Assembly: GCA_964469255.1 (NCBI GenBank)
Contig: CAYYKS010000001.1
Span: 1-34,726 of the forward strand
Reading direction: 5' to 3'
Origin: an uncultured Candidatus Saccharibacteria bacterium
GTDB lineage: Bacteria; Patescibacteriota; Minisyncoccia; Phycocordibacterales; UBA9973
DNA: 34,726 bases
This document shows positions 1 to 10,392 of the stretch, piece by piece. The translations under genes and the position numbers were made by a program. Positions within the stretch are counted from its first letter, which is position 1, and every line of letters starts with the position of its first letter. The notes below the pieces were generated by a model, which saw only the letters and a program-made list of their open reading frames with translations, ran no database searches and was not told the DNA's origin.

Positions 1-369
1 TTTACTGCAAAAATAAAAGAAGGAGATGCATTTATGATAGTTACTCCAGAATACAATCATGGAATCCCAGGGGTTTTAAAAAATGCCATTGATTGGGTTT
101 CGCAAGAATGGAACAACAAGCCAGTAGCATTTGTTAGTTATGGAACTGTCGGTGGTGCTAGATCAGTCGAGCATTTACGTTTGGTTGCTATTGAACTACA
201 AATGGCTCCGATTCGGGAATCTATAAATATAAACGGCGAACAATATTTTCCAGTGCTTTTTGGTAAAGCTACAGCGGAGGAACTTTTCCCAAATTATGTT
301 GATAAGGCAAAACTCATGAACACGCAACTATTGTGGTGGGCACATGCATTAAAGAAAGCGCGAGAGTAG
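1..369 (+). CDS. NAD(P)H-dependent FMN reductase-family protein, 5' end cut by window edge
   Basis: The frame of the listed 34..369 ORF stays open back to nt 1 (FTAKIKEGDAF precedes the listed Met). The motif IVTPEYNHGIPGVLKNAIDW is typical of the flavodoxin-like FMN_red fold. Confidence 0.75.
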   Translation, partial: FTAKIKEGDAFMIVTPEYNHGIPGVLKNAIDWVSQEWNNKPVAFVSYGTVGGARSVEHLRLVAIELQMAPIRESININGEQYFPVLFGKATAEELFPNYVDKAKLMNTQLLWWAHALKKARE

Positions 370-529
370 TGGTATGATGTATTTATGTATCGCATAAATA
401 AAACCCTAATATATTTTCTAATTATGACCATTGTTGGATCTTTTTTTGCTATTCATATCATTGTAAAAGCTTACGATGTTGCTTACGCTCCCTATTTAAT
501 TGAGTAAAAATTAATGCTATGGTGTAGAG

Positions 530-2656
530 ATGGCTGGCATCTTTAAATTACATAATCCATTCCAACCCGCGGGGGATCAGCCCGTGGCTATTTCTAAATT
601 AGTAGAGGGACTTAATAAAGGTATGAAAAAGCAGACTTTACTGGGGGCCACAGGCACAGGTAAGACTTTTACTATGGCGAACGTTATAGCACAGTATAAC
701 AAGCCAGCTTTGGTCATAGCCCATAATAAAACTCTAGCAGCCCAGCTCGCACAAGAATTTGAGAGTTTTTTTCCAGATGCTGCTGTGCACTACTTTGTTT
801 CCTATTACGACTACTATCAGCCAGAGGCCTATATGCCAGTGTCAGATACTTATATTGAGAAGGATGCCTCTATAAATAAAGAGATAGACATGCTTCGCCA
901 TGCGAGCACCCAAGCCTTACTGACCAGGCCTGATGTGATCATCGTGGCATCAGTATCTTGTATTTATGGTTTGGGTAGCCCAGAAGAATATGAAAAAGTA
1001 AATTTGAAACTTGAGGTGGGTATGAAGATGGACAGGTTGGCACTTATGAAACGTTTGATTGAAATTCATTTCGAGCGTACTAATGCCGACCTTACCCCAG
1101 GAACTTTTCGTTCGATTGGATCAAAGGTGGAGTTTATGCCTGTATCGGAAACAATCATGTATCAGGTAGAGATGAGTGGGGGAAAAATATCACAAATCAA
1201 TAAAGTAGACCCAGTCTCTGCGCATATTATAAAAGAAGAAGAAAATGTTTTCGTTTTTCCAGCTAAACACTTTATTACAGAAGACTCGAAAAAGAAATTA
1301 GCTCTAACCGCCATTAAAAAAGAATTACAAGCTCAGCTGAAACATTTTGATAAAGAAGGAAAGCTTTTGGAAGCCGAACGCATCAAGCGCCGAACCAATT
1401 ATGATTTGGCTATGATCAAAGAAGTCGGTTACTGTAGTGGTATTGAAAACTATTCTAGACATTTGTCGGGTAAGACTGAGGGGGAACCACCAGAAACTTT
1501 GCTCTCATATTTTCCAAAGTCGGGTTTCTTAACTATTATTGATGAGTCACATGTAACTCTGCCACAATTAAACGGAATGTATGCGGGGGATGCGTCACGT
1601 AAGAAAACCCTTATCGAATATGGCTTTCGTCTGCCTTCAGCTCGCGACAACCGACCGCTTAAATATCCGGAATTCGAAAAAAGAATTGGCCCTGTGGTTT
1701 ATACCAGTGCCACTCCTAGTGATGTGGAACGCGAAACTAGCGAGCAGATTGTGGAGCAAATAATTCGCCCTACAGGACTTGTTGATCCGGAAACTATTGT
1801 GCGACCAGTCAGTGAGAAGCCTGCCCGACCAGACGGTCGTTCGGGCGGGGGAAACTATAAAGGCCAGATATCAGACTTTATTTTTGAAGCAGAGAAAACT
1901 ATTAAAAGTGGTTTTCGAGTTTTAGCCACTACGCTTACAAAAAAAATGGCGGAAGACTTAACTACGTATTTGAAAGAAAAAAATATAAAAGCAGAATATT
2001 TACACTCAGATATTAAAACCCTAGATAGAATTCAAATTCTTACTAAGTTTAGAAAAGGGGAATATGATATTTTAGTTGGAGTAAACTTGCTCCGTGAAGG
2101 ATTGGATTTGCCCGAGGTGGCTCTTATTGGAATACTGGACGCTGACAAAGAAGGATTCTTGCGTTCAGATACAGCCTTGATTCAGACTATCGGGCGTGCA
2201 GCGCGTAATAGCGAGGGAAGGGTGATTTTATATGCAGATATTTTGACGGGCTCGATGGAAAGAGCGCTCGGCGAGACTAAGCGCCGACGTGATATTCAGT
2301 TAGCTTATAATAAAAAAAATGGTATCACCCCGAAAACTATTTTGAAAAAGATTCACGACATAACCGAAGCCATGGAAAGCGAGCATGGCAAAGCGGTGAA
2401 TGCCGAGCTGGCGCTTGATGTAGAAGTTTTCAAAAAAGCTTTTGCGAAAGATAAAAGTAATAAGGGAAAAACAGAAACAGAAACATTGCGTAACGTGGCA
2501 ATGTCGGATGAAGATAGAAATAAATTGGTTTACGAAAAAATAATTAAACTAAAAGAAAAAGAAATGAATAAGGCAGTAAAAGAGCTAGATTTTGAAACCG
2601 CTGCCATCCTTAGGGATGAAATATCTGTGCTCCGGGTACGGCTAGAAAAGGAGTAG
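530..2656 (+). CDS. uvrB: Excinuclease ABC subunit B
   Basis: 708 aa. Walker A GATGTGKT, helicase motifs ([18 protein letters not shown]) and a C-terminal UVR motif ([11 protein letters not shown]). Confidence 0.97.
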   Translation: MAGIFKLHNPFQPAGDQPVAISKLVEGLNKGMKKQTLLGATGTGKTFTMANVIAQYNKPALVIAHNKTLAAQLAQEFESFFPDAAVHYFVSYYDYYQPEAYMPVSDTYIEKDASINKEIDMLRHASTQALLTRPDVIIVASVSCIYGLGSPEEYEKVNLKLEVGMKMDRLALMKRLIEIHFERTNADLTPGTFRSIGSKVEFMPVSETIMYQVEMSGGKISQINKVDPVSAHIIKEEENVFVFPAKHFITEDSKKKLALTAIKKELQAQLKHFDKEGKLLEAERIKRRTNYDLAMIKEVGYCSGIENYSRHLSGKTEGEPPETLLSYFPKSGFLTIIDESHVTLPQLNGMYAGDASRKKTLIEYGFRLPSARDNRPLKYPEFEKRIGPVVYTSATPSDVERETSEQIVEQIIRPTGLVDPETIVRPVSEKPARPDGRSGGGNYKGQISDFIFEAEKTIKSGFRVLATTLTKKMAEDLTTYLKEKNIKAEYLHSDIKTLDRIQILTKFRKGEYDILVGVNLLREGLDLPEVALIGILDADKEGFLRSDTALIQTIGRAARNSEGRVILYADILTGSMERALGETKRRRDIQLAYNKKNGITPKTILKKIHDITEAMESEHGKAVNAELALDVEVFKKAFAKDKSNKGKTETETLRNVAMSDEDRNKLVYEKIIKLKEKEMNKAVKELDFETAAILRDEISVLRVRLEKE

Positions 2657-2721
2657 GAATTGTGGTATAGTGACAGTAAGTTAATATAGATACACACCCC
2701 CTAGGAATACGGTCGGGTGTC

Positions 2722-5337
2722 ATGTGCGTTATGACCAATAAAACCATGAAAAACGAAAAAAACATAGATACCATAAGGGTAAAAGGGGCACGTACCCATA
2801 ACCTTAAAAATATCAGTGTCGAGATGCCACGTAACAAAATGGTGGTTATTACTGGCGTGTCTGGGTCAGGAAAATCTTCCCTTGCCTTTGATACTATTTT
2901 TGCCGAAGGGCAGAGGCGGTATGTGGAGTCTTTGTCTTCTTATGCACGTCAATTCTTGAACCAAATGCCAAAGCCAGATGTGGACGAGATCACAGGTCTT
3001 TCTCCGGCTATTTCTATCGATCAAAAATCTAGGTCTAATAATCCGCGTTCGACTGTGGCTACGATTACAGAAATCTATGACTACCTGCGCGTGATGTATG
3101 CCCGCATAGGTCATCCACACTGTCCAGAATGTGGTGAAGAAATAAAAAAATTATCTAACGAAGAAATTTTGAATTTTATTTTAGAAAAAGTAAATGGTTT
3201 GAGTAAGAGTTCTAAAAATACTAGAAAGGTAATGGGAGTAGAATGGAATGAAACTGAAATAAAGATTTTTTCTCCAGTGGTGCGAGGCAGGAAAGGGGAA
3301 TACTATCAATTGCTTTATGATTTACTCAGTAAAGGTTTTTCCGAAGTACGGCTAGATGGGTCTATGAAAAAGCTTCGAGAAAAAATAATTCTTTCAAAAA
3401 ACAAAGCTCATAATATCGATGTTTTAGTAGATAGTTTTGCCGTTCATGAATTTACAGACAATAAAGAAGGAAGCCGAATGCGGCTAGCTGAAGCAGTGGA
3501 ACGAGCCTTGATTGAGTCTGATGGTTTAGTAACCGTAATCATTGATCAAGAAGAATTTATTGTATCTGCAAAGTTTGCTTGCAAGAATGATGGATTTTCT
3601 TTCCCAGAAATTGAACCCAGACTATTTTCTTTTAACTCTCCGTATGGAGCATGTCCAACATGTAACGGACTAGGTACGAAATATTTCGGAGGAGACGAAC
3701 CTTGCGATACTTGTAAGGGTGCACGTCTGCGGGTGGAGGCGCTGAATGTTTTTATAAGTACAGGAAATACCAGAAAAAATATTTTGGACTTGTCTTCGCT
3801 TTCAATTGCGGATGCGCACGAATTCTTTAAAGGTTTGAAGCTTACTGCAAATGAAAAAGAAATATCTGTGCCGGTGGTACGTGAAATTGAAGCGCGCCTA
3901 CAATTTATGCTCGATGTTGGTCTTGAATATTTACAACTTTCTCGTAAGGCCAATACTCTTTCTGGTGGGGAAGCACAACGTATCCGCCTGGCCTCACAGC
4001 TCGGCTCAAGGCTGGTAGGAGCCTTGTACGTACTGGATGAGCCGACTATTGGGCTACACCAACGGGACAATGACCGTTTAATAAAAACCTTGTTAAATCT
4101 ACGTGATTTGGGAAATACTATCCTTGTAGTGGAACATGATGAGGACACTATATATGCTTCCGACTATATTGTAGATATCGGCCCAAAAGCGGGCGTGCAT
4201 GGTGGAGAGGTGATTGCCGCTGGATACCTCGACGAACTTTTGACTGCCAAGAAAAATACAACTGGTTCTAGAACTCTAGGATATCTTCGAAGTGAAATAA
4301 AAATGGATATTCCAGATGAACGGAGAGAAAGTAAAGGTGTTCTTCGTATTGCCGGCGGAAAAGTTTTTAATATCAAAAATATGAATGTAGAAATCCCTCT
4401 CGGGGTGATGACTTCTATTACTGGTGTGTCTGGTTCTGGTAAGAGTTCGTTCATGTATGAGATAGTCTATAAAAATCTACAAGCTCGACTAGAACGAAAA
4501 TACCGAACCGCTCAAGTTTTCAACTGTGCTTCTTTTTCTGGTACAGAATATTTATCGCGAGTGGTACTGATCGATCAATCTCCAATCGGTAGAACCCCTC
4601 GCTCAAATATAGCTACATACACTGGATGCTTTACTCATATTCGGGATATGTTTGCGACAACCGAAGAAGCTCGTCTTCGTGGCTGGAAAGCGAATAGATT
4701 TTCTTTCAACGTAAAAGGCGGACGCTGTGAAGCCTGTGAGGGGAATGGTGAGATAGCGGTAGAGATGCATTTCTTGCCGACCGTGTATGTAACTTGTGAT
4801 GTATGTAATGGTAAACGATTTGATAAAGAAACTCTGACAGTAAAATACAAGAAGAAAAATGTTTACGAAGTTTTACGGATGACGGTAGAAGAAGGATTGG
4901 TATTCTTTAAAGATATTCCCGCTATATCTGACAGACTGCAAACTCTTTCTGATGTGGGGCTTGGTTATTTGGAGCTTGGACAATCAGCGACAACTCTGTC
5001 AGGAGGGGAAGCGCAACGTGTAAAAATCTCCAGTGAACTTTTCCGTCCGCATTATGAGAAAACTATATATCTTCTCGATGAGCCTACAGTAGGACTGCAC
5101 TATGATGATGTGGTCAAACTTCTAGAAGTGCTAAATAAGCTTGTAACCAAAGGGCACACTGTGGTTTTAATCGAGCACAATCTAGACGTGATTAAGAATT
5201 CTGATTACATAATCGATGTCGGCCCCGAGGGCGGAACAGGCGGCGGCAACCTAGTGGCCAAGGGTACGCCTGAAGACGTGGCCAATAATGCCAAGAGCTA
5301 TACAGGTAAATACTTAAAGAAAGCTCTACGTAGATAA
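2722..5337 (+). CDS. uvrA: Excinuclease ABC subunit A (compact form)
   Basis: 871 aa. GARTHNLKN, two ABC modules (GVSGSGKSS twice, LSGGEAQR twice) and zinc modules. The start is ambiguous among Met codons at 2722, 2731 and 2746. Confidence 0.95.
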   Translation: MCVMTNKTMKNEKNIDTIRVKGARTHNLKNISVEMPRNKMVVITGVSGSGKSSLAFDTIFAEGQRRYVESLSSYARQFLNQMPKPDVDEITGLSPAISIDQKSRSNNPRSTVATITEIYDYLRVMYARIGHPHCPECGEEIKKLSNEEILNFILEKVNGLSKSSKNTRKVMGVEWNETEIKIFSPVVRGRKGEYYQLLYDLLSKGFSEVRLDGSMKKLREKIILSKNKAHNIDVLVDSFAVHEFTDNKEGSRMRLAEAVERALIESDGLVTVIIDQEEFIVSAKFACKNDGFSFPEIEPRLFSFNSPYGACPTCNGLGTKYFGGDEPCDTCKGARLRVEALNVFISTGNTRKNILDLSSLSIADAHEFFKGLKLTANEKEISVPVVREIEARLQFMLDVGLEYLQLSRKANTLSGGEAQRIRLASQLGSRLVGALYVLDEPTIGLHQRDNDRLIKTLLNLRDLGNTILVVEHDEDTIYASDYIVDIGPKAGVHGGEVIAAGYLDELLTAKKNTTGSRTLGYLRSEIKMDIPDERRESKGVLRIAGGKVFNIKNMNVEIPLGVMTSITGVSGSGKSSFMYEIVYKNLQARLERKYRTAQVFNCASFSGTEYLSRVVLIDQSPIGRTPRSNIATYTGCFTHIRDMFATTEEARLRGWKANRFSFNVKGGRCEACEGNGEIAVEMHFLPTVYVTCDVCNGKRFDKETLTVKYKKKNVYEVLRMTVEEGLVFFKDIPAISDRLQTLSDVGLGYLELGQSATTLSGGEAQRVKISSELFRPHYEKTIYLLDEPTVGLHYDDVVKLLEVLNKLVTKGHTVVLIEHNLDVIKNSDYIIDVGPEGGTGGGNLVAKGTPEDVANNAKSYTGKYLKKALRR

Positions 5338-5342
5338 AATAT

Positions 5343-6584
5343 ATGGACCTAAAATCTTTTTCAAAAACTAAACTTCCAGCCAAGCCAGGAGTATATTTTT
5401 TTCGAAAAGGGAAAAATATTCTTTATATTGGTAAGGCTACTGAGTTAAAAAGCAGAGTGCGAAGTTATTTCAGTAATGACCTGATTGTTACCCGTGGGCC
5501 ATTGCTAGTAGACATGGTGGTGCAAGCGGACAAGATTATTTTTAAGGAAACCGATAGTGTTCTTGAAGCACTAATCCTCGAAGCGAGTTTAATTAAACAG
5601 TATCAGCCTTATTACAACACCAAAGAAAAAGATGATAAGAGTTTTAGCTATGTTTGTATAACAAAAGAGGCTTTTCCTAAGGTGCTGGTTCTCAGGGGGC
5701 GAAACTTGAAGATGAATGTGTATGAAGAAGAGCATGGTATAAAATTCCAAGCCAAATACGGTCCATTTACAAATGGTCAACAGCTCCGTGAGGCCATGAA
5801 GATAATCCGCCGGATTTTTCCATACATAGATGTGCAGTCAGCGAAGAAAGACAATGCAGAGTTTTATCGGCAGATCGGCTTGTCGCCTAGTGTTGGAACT
5901 AAAGAAGCTAAAATTGCTTATGATAAAAATATCCAGAACCTGAAGCTATTCTTCCAAGGCAAAAAGAAGAGAGTTATTTCAAACTTTAAAAAAGAAATGC
6001 ATCTATATGCAAGGAATCGTGAGTTTGAAAGAGCAGGGGAAATCAAGAATAGAATTTTCGCCCTGATGCATATAAATGATATTGCGCTTCTTAAAACTGA
6101 AAATATTACTGCCAAGCCAGGAGATGTTATGCGCATTGAGGCTTACGACATAGCCCATATGAGTGGTAAAAATATGGTGGGCGTAATGACGGTAGTTGAG
6201 AATGGCACAGTCGCCAAAAGTGAATACAAAAAGTTTAAAATCCGGACCCAAACTGGATCGAATGATGTTGGGGCACTTTCTGAAGTTCTCTCTCGACGTC
6301 TAGCACATAGAGAATGGCAGTATCCAAACCTGATCGTGATGGACGGGAGTGCGCCGCAAATAAATGCAGCAAAAACGGCCTTACTTAAGGAAAGAGCCGA
6401 GATTCCCGTAGTGTCTGTGGTTAAGGATGACAGACACAAAGCCAAAGACATCCTGGGGGACAAGAGTTCCGCGTCAAAATATAAGAGAGAAATATTATTG
6501 GCAAATAGTGAAGCGCACAGATTCGCTATCGCTTACCACAAACAAATGCGCGGAAAAAACTTTTTGAACAACTTACCGAAATAA
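5343..6584 (+). CDS. uvrC: Excinuclease ABC subunit C (short, no C-terminal HhH)
   Basis: 413 aa. N-terminal GIY-YIG (PGVYFF...ILYIGKA), a UVR motif (REFERAGEIKNRIFAL) and a C-terminal endonuclease region (EAYDIAH...DGSAPQ). It lies 5 nt after uvrA. Confidence 0.9.
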   Translation: MDLKSFSKTKLPAKPGVYFFRKGKNILYIGKATELKSRVRSYFSNDLIVTRGPLLVDMVVQADKIIFKETDSVLEALILEASLIKQYQPYYNTKEKDDKSFSYVCITKEAFPKVLVLRGRNLKMNVYEEEHGIKFQAKYGPFTNGQQLREAMKIIRRIFPYIDVQSAKKDNAEFYRQIGLSPSVGTKEAKIAYDKNIQNLKLFFQGKKKRVISNFKKEMHLYARNREFERAGEIKNRIFALMHINDIALLKTENITAKPGDVMRIEAYDIAHMSGKNMVGVMTVVENGTVAKSEYKKFKIRTQTGSNDVGALSEVLSRRLAHREWQYPNLIVMDGSAPQINAAKTALLKERAEIPVVSVVKDDRHKAKDILGDKSSASKYKREILLANSEAHRFAIAYHKQMRGKNFLNNLPK

Positions 6585-6604
6585 GCTATGGCTTATTTGA
6601 AAAT

Positions 6605-7096
6605 ATGAAAAAAGAAAAACAAGTACAAGAGAACATTTTAATACTAAATGACATTCGCAGTGTTGAGAATGTTGGCGCTATGTTTCGCACCGCTGATGCT
6701 GTGGGAATACATAAAATTTATCTAGTGGGCTATACACCAGCACCGCTAGATAGATTTGGACGAAAGAGGGGAGACCTCGCAAAGTCTGCTCTCGGTGCTG
6801 AGGAATTTGTGGTATGGGAGCAAGTGAAAAATGTTTCTACTTTAATTACTAAACTAAAACGGGAAGGTTTTCAGATAATAGGTATAGAGCAAGACAAAAA
6901 ATCTGTAGATTATAAAAAGGTAAAACTCGCAAACCAAAATGCTTTTATTGTAGGGACTGAAGTGACTGGTATACCTCAAACTATCCTTAAAAAATGCGAT
7001 GTTATAGCCGAGATTCCTATGCGCGGCAAAAAAGAATCTCTCAATGTATCAGTAGCTTTTGGGGTGGCTATTTTTGGCATTTTGGACAGAAAATAG
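6605..7096 (+). CDS. SpoU/TrmH-family RNA 2'-O-methyltransferase
   Basis: 163 aa. The motifs NVGAMFRTADA, GTEVTGIP and IPMRGKKESLNVSVA are typical of SPOUT methyltransferases. Confidence 0.8.
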   Translation: MKKEKQVQENILILNDIRSVENVGAMFRTADAVGIHKIYLVGYTPAPLDRFGRKRGDLAKSALGAEEFVVWEQVKNVSTLITKLKREGFQIIGIEQDKKSVDYKKVKLANQNAFIVGTEVTGIPQTILKKCDVIAEIPMRGKKESLNVSVAFGVAIFGILDRK

Positions 7097-7967
7097 TAGT
7101 ACGTCCACCGACTACAGTTTTAGTTAAGGGTTTATTGCAATTTACGCATGGTTTTCCGCTTTTGCCATATACTTTGTGCTCCCGGGCATAATTGCCTTCG
7201 CTTTCATCTAGAAGTTTGTATGTAGCCACAGATGAGCCACCGACTTTTATGGCACGGGTGATGATGCGGACGATAGCTTTGTGAAGTTTTTGAATTTCTG
7301 GTTTGGACAGCGTTGCTGGACTTCGGTCTGGGCGGATTTTAGATTCGAATAAGCTTTCGTCAGCATAAATATTTCCGAGGCCAGTAACAATTTTTTGATC
7401 CATGAGTACTGTTTTTATTTTACCTTTTTTACCAAATAAGCCATGGCTTATTTGGTGGAGGGTGAATTCCCGGGATGTAGGTTCTACACCATATGAGCTG
7501 AAATGGTTTTGATCTTCGAAGGCTTCAGTGTTTGGGTAATATAGTAAGTAACCAAACATACGAGTGTCGTTGTAGTACAGCATACCCTTCTCTAATTCGA
7601 AGGTTACGTGGGTGTGCTTGTTTGGTAATTCGGTTTCTGAAAGTTCTATAGGATGCCCACCACTGACTTGCTTGCCTTTTTTAAAAGGTTTATACGAAAA
7701 CTGCCCAGACATTTTTAGATGAACAATAATTATTTTGTTGTGACTGAGTTTGAAAACTAGGTTTTTCGCGCGACGTTCTACAGCAAGAAATTTTTCACCA
7801 ATGAGTCCTTTTATAAATTCTAGTTTCTTTTTCTGGGAAGGGGAGCGTTTGGTTCCTTTCCCAGAAACTAGTTTTGGTTTTTCTACTTTTACACTCTTAA
7901 TTTTCTGCCCGACGATTACGCGTTCAAGCCCTAGTCTTAGATTTTCTACTTCGGGTAGTTCCGGCAT
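7068..7967 (-). CDS. mutM: Formamidopyrimidine-DNA glycosylase
   Basis: 299 aa. The N-terminus is MPELPEVE and the C-terminus carries a zinc finger, CVNCNKPL...CPKCQ. Its 3' end overlaps the convergent trmH-like gene by 29 nt. Confidence 0.9.
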   Translation of the reverse strand: MPELPEVENLRLGLERVIVGQKIKSVKVEKPKLVSGKGTKRSPSQKKKLEFIKGLIGEKFLAVERRAKNLVFKLSHNKIIIVHLKMSGQFSYKPFKKGKQVSGGHPIELSETELPNKHTHVTFELEKGMLYYNDTRMFGYLLYYPNTEAFEDQNHFSSYGVEPTSREFTLHQISHGLFGKKGKIKTVLMDQKIVTGLGNIYADESLFESKIRPDRSPATLSKPEIQKLHKAIVRIITRAIKVGGSSVATYKLLDESEGNYAREHKVYGKSGKPCVNCNKPLTKTVVGGRTTIFCPKCQK

Positions 7968-7981
7968 GCTACAATCATACT

Positions 7982-8806
7982 ATGAAGAAATATTTATTCA
8001 TACTCCTATTTATTTCAATTTTTACTCCAGTATTTAGAGTTCAGGCTCAAATGCCAATCAAGATTTTACTGGTTCCTGGGCATGATGATGAAGTTTGGGG
8101 TGCACAGTATGGCAACCTTAAAGAGGCGGATATGAACCTGAGTTTAGCTACAGAACTCTATAATATTTTAAAAAAGGATGGAAGATTGAAAGTTTATATA
8201 ACGCGAGACGAAGCAGGGTATACAAAAGAATTTGAAGACTATTTTGCCTCACACCAAGATGACATTTCAGACTTTATAGAAACTTCTAAGGCTAAGAGAG
8301 AAGAACAAATTGCCAATGGAGACTTTATTCAAAAAGAAAATACTCCACATATTAATGCAAGCGAAGAGGTGGCTCTCAAGCTTTATGGAATGAATAAGTG
8401 GGCGAATGAAAACCAAGTAGATGCAATGATACACATTCATTTTAACGATTATCCTAGACATTCTAAGTGGACACGGGGTAAGTACAAGGGTTTTGCTGTA
8501 TATATGCCTGAAGATCAAATGGTTAATTCTAGTTCAAGCCAAGAATTGGCGGAGAATATTTTCTTACAATTAAAGAAAAAATATATTACCAGCACTTATG
8601 AAGAGGAAAAAGGGGGACTAATCCAAGATCAAAACCTAATTGCTCTGGGTTCAAACAATACTTTGTTAGCCAGCGTACGTTCCGTGCTCATAGAATATGG
8701 ATATATTTATAGATTTAGAAACAAATCTTCTCGACTTCAGGCCTATGAGACTATGTCCAAACTCACAGCTCTTGGAATAAAAAATTACTTTCTAGAAGTG
8801 AAATAG
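7982..8806 (+). CDS. Secreted N-acetylmuramoyl-L-alanine amidase (Amidase_3-like)
   Basis: 274 aa. Signal peptide, then LLVPGHDDEVWGA...EADMNL...IHIHFND, which matches the zinc-amidase pattern. Confidence 0.7.
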   Translation: MKKYLFILLFISIFTPVFRVQAQMPIKILLVPGHDDEVWGAQYGNLKEADMNLSLATELYNILKKDGRLKVYITRDEAGYTKEFEDYFASHQDDISDFIETSKAKREEQIANGDFIQKENTPHINASEEVALKLYGMNKWANENQVDAMIHIHFNDYPRHSKWTRGKYKGFAVYMPEDQMVNSSSSQELAENIFLQLKKKYITSTYEEEKGGLIQDQNLIALGSNNTLLASVRSVLIEYGYIYRFRNKSSRLQAYETMSKLTALGIKNYFLEVK

Positions 8807-8810
8807 TAAT

Positions 8811-9377
8811 TTATTTCCCTCCTAAGATTTTCAGCGCTTCTTTTATCTTTGCATTAGTGCTCAAATCAGAGCCCACTGACTTTAGAGCTTCACGAGCTTC
8901 GTTTTGAGAATAGCCCAGGGACTTGAGTGCTTCAAGGGCATCCATTTCCTCGCGTAGAGAAGCGCCTTCGATATCTTTACCGAGTTTGTCTCGTAGTTCG
9001 ATGACTATTTTTTCGGCAGTCTTTCTACCAATACCAGATATTTTAGTGAGGTAGCCAGTGTCCCCAGTGCGTATCGCAGTTTGTAAGGTCTCGACTGTAG
9101 TAGTGCTTAGTATCCCGAGTGCTCCTTTTGGTCCGATGCCAGAAACACTGATCAGCATCTCAAAGAATTCAAGTTCCTGCCTTTCTATAAAACCATATAA
9201 ATCTAAAATATCTTCCCGGACATGGGTGTGAATCCAAAGCAATACTTCTTCATTTATTTTTTGAACCCGAGTCAATGTGTCAGGGGAGACGCTGACTTTA
9301 TAGCCCACGCCATTTGTCTCGACAATGAGAAATTTGTCTGTTTTTAATGTGATTTTGCCGCGAATACTACCGATCAT
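8811..9377 (-). CDS. ruvA: Holliday junction branch-migration complex subunit RuvA
   Basis: 188 aa. MIGSIRGKI...VETNGVGYKV followed by HhH repeats (VSGIGPK, ISGIGRKTAEKI). No ruvB is adjacent. Confidence 0.92.
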   Translation of the reverse strand: MIGSIRGKITLKTDKFLIVETNGVGYKVSVSPDTLTRVQKINEEVLLWIHTHVREDILDLYGFIERQELEFFEMLISVSGIGPKGALGILSTTTVETLQTAIRTGDTGYLTKISGIGRKTAEKIVIELRDKLGKDIEGASLREEMDALEALKSLGYSQNEAREALKSVGSDLSTNAKIKEALKILGGK

Positions 9378-9452
9378 AGGCTTATCATAGCATATTCAGT
9401 AAAGTGTGGTGAAATTTGCGTTTTTACTGCTTTTCTGTTAAATTATCTATAT

Positions 9453-9704
9453 ATGCCAATAACAAAATCAGCTAAAAAGGCCATCAGGGGTTCACTTCGC
9501 AAGAAGGCTTTCAATGACCAAAAGAAGCGCGTAATGAAGGAAATAATCAAGAAACTAGAGAAGATCGCCAAGACCGACAAGGCTGAGGCTCTTAAACTTC
9601 TTTCTTCTGCTTTCCAAACTATTGATAAGGCCGCTAAGGGTGGAGTAATCAAGAAGAACAACGCTGCTCGCAAGAAATCTCGCCTTTCTAAATTAGTTAA
9701 ATAA
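9453..9704 (+). CDS. rpsT: 30S ribosomal protein S20
   Basis: 83 aa, strongly basic. MPITKSAKKAIR...KKNNAARKKSRL is the S20 pattern. Confidence 0.9.
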   Translation: MPITKSAKKAIRGSLRKKAFNDQKKRVMKEIIKKLEKIAKTDKAEALKLLSSAFQTIDKAAKGGVIKKNNAARKKSRLSKLVK

Positions 9705-9706
9705 TA

Positions 9707-9994
9707 ATGTCACACCTACTAGAATTTTACGGCACTGAATGTCCTCATTGCGAGGATATGCATGCGCTTGTAGAGCGTCTAGAAAAAGAAGAAGGTGTAA
9801 AAGTAGAAGCGCTAGAAGTATGGCACAACAAGGAAAATGAAAAACTTCTAGAAGAAATACCTTGTTTTAAGCAGTGCGGGGGAGTCCCATTTTTCTACAA
9901 TCAACAAACTGAAAAATTTATTTGTGGAGAAACTAATTATGAAACTCTAAAGGCTTGGGCGAAAGGGGAATCATTTGTTCAAGAAGACATGTAA
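9707..9994 (+). CDS. Thioredoxin-fold CxxC protein
   Basis: 95 aa. Has FYGTECPHCEDM (CxxC) and starts 3 nt after rpsT. Confidence 0.6.
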   Translation: MSHLLEFYGTECPHCEDMHALVERLEKEEGVKVEALEVWHNKENEKLLEEIPCFKQCGGVPFFYNQQTEKFICGETNYETLKAWAKGESFVQEDM

Positions 9995-10001
9995 TCACTG
10001 A

Positions 10002-10029
10002 AAGGAAAAACAAAAAAACCACCCGAAGG
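10002..10029. terminator. Bidirectional rho-independent terminator between convergent genes
   Basis: aaaaaaaccacc-cgaa-ggtggttttttt is a perfect stem flanked by an A-run and a T-run. Confidence 0.75.
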
Positions 10030-10053
10030 TGGTTTTTTTGTTTGGTTTAAATA

Positions 10054-10251
10054 TTACGCACGTTGTACGTTTGTAGCATTCAATCCCTTTGGTGATTCTT
10101 CTGTCTCGAAAGAAAGAGTATCACCTTCTTTTAGCTCATCAAAAGATACGCCTACTAGTGAGTTACTGTGGAAGAATAAATCCTTCGCAAGTCCCTCAGC
10201 TGTAATGAAGCCGAAACCTTTATCAGTGAGTCTTTTTATTGTACCAGTCAT
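10054..10251 (-). CDS. Cold-shock domain protein
   Basis: 65 aa. Carries RNP1/RNP2-like motifs (KGFGFI, LFFH). Confidence 0.9.
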   Translation of the reverse strand: MTGTIKRLTDKGFGFITAEGLAKDLFFHSNSLVGVSFDELKEGDTLSFETEESPKGLNATNVQRA

Positions 10252-10336
10252 TGATTTTATATTTTAAGTTACTAATTACAAATGTGTTCTAAGAAATCGA
10301 CTTTACTTTACTCTTTGTGCACCTCTTTGTCTTTTA

Positions 10337-10366
10337 AGTATAGCATACTCGCACCTAATTTGTCAA
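10337..10366 (-). promoter_or_regulatory. Candidate sigma70-type promoter of the cold-shock gene
   Basis: On the minus strand: TTGACA, 18 nt, TATACT. This would leave a long (~80 nt) leader, as is common for csp genes. Confidence 0.4.
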
Positions 10367-10392
10367 GTATGCCGTCCGTAAACTATGTGGGA

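Noticed and set aside
385-507. A 40-aa hydrophobic ORF (MYRINKTLIYFLIMTIVGSFFAIHIIVKAYDVAYAPYLIE) in the gap before uvrB.
   Set aside because: It is too short, AT-rich sequence yields such ORFs by chance, and there is no ribosome-binding context or recognisable family. It cannot be supported from sequence alone.
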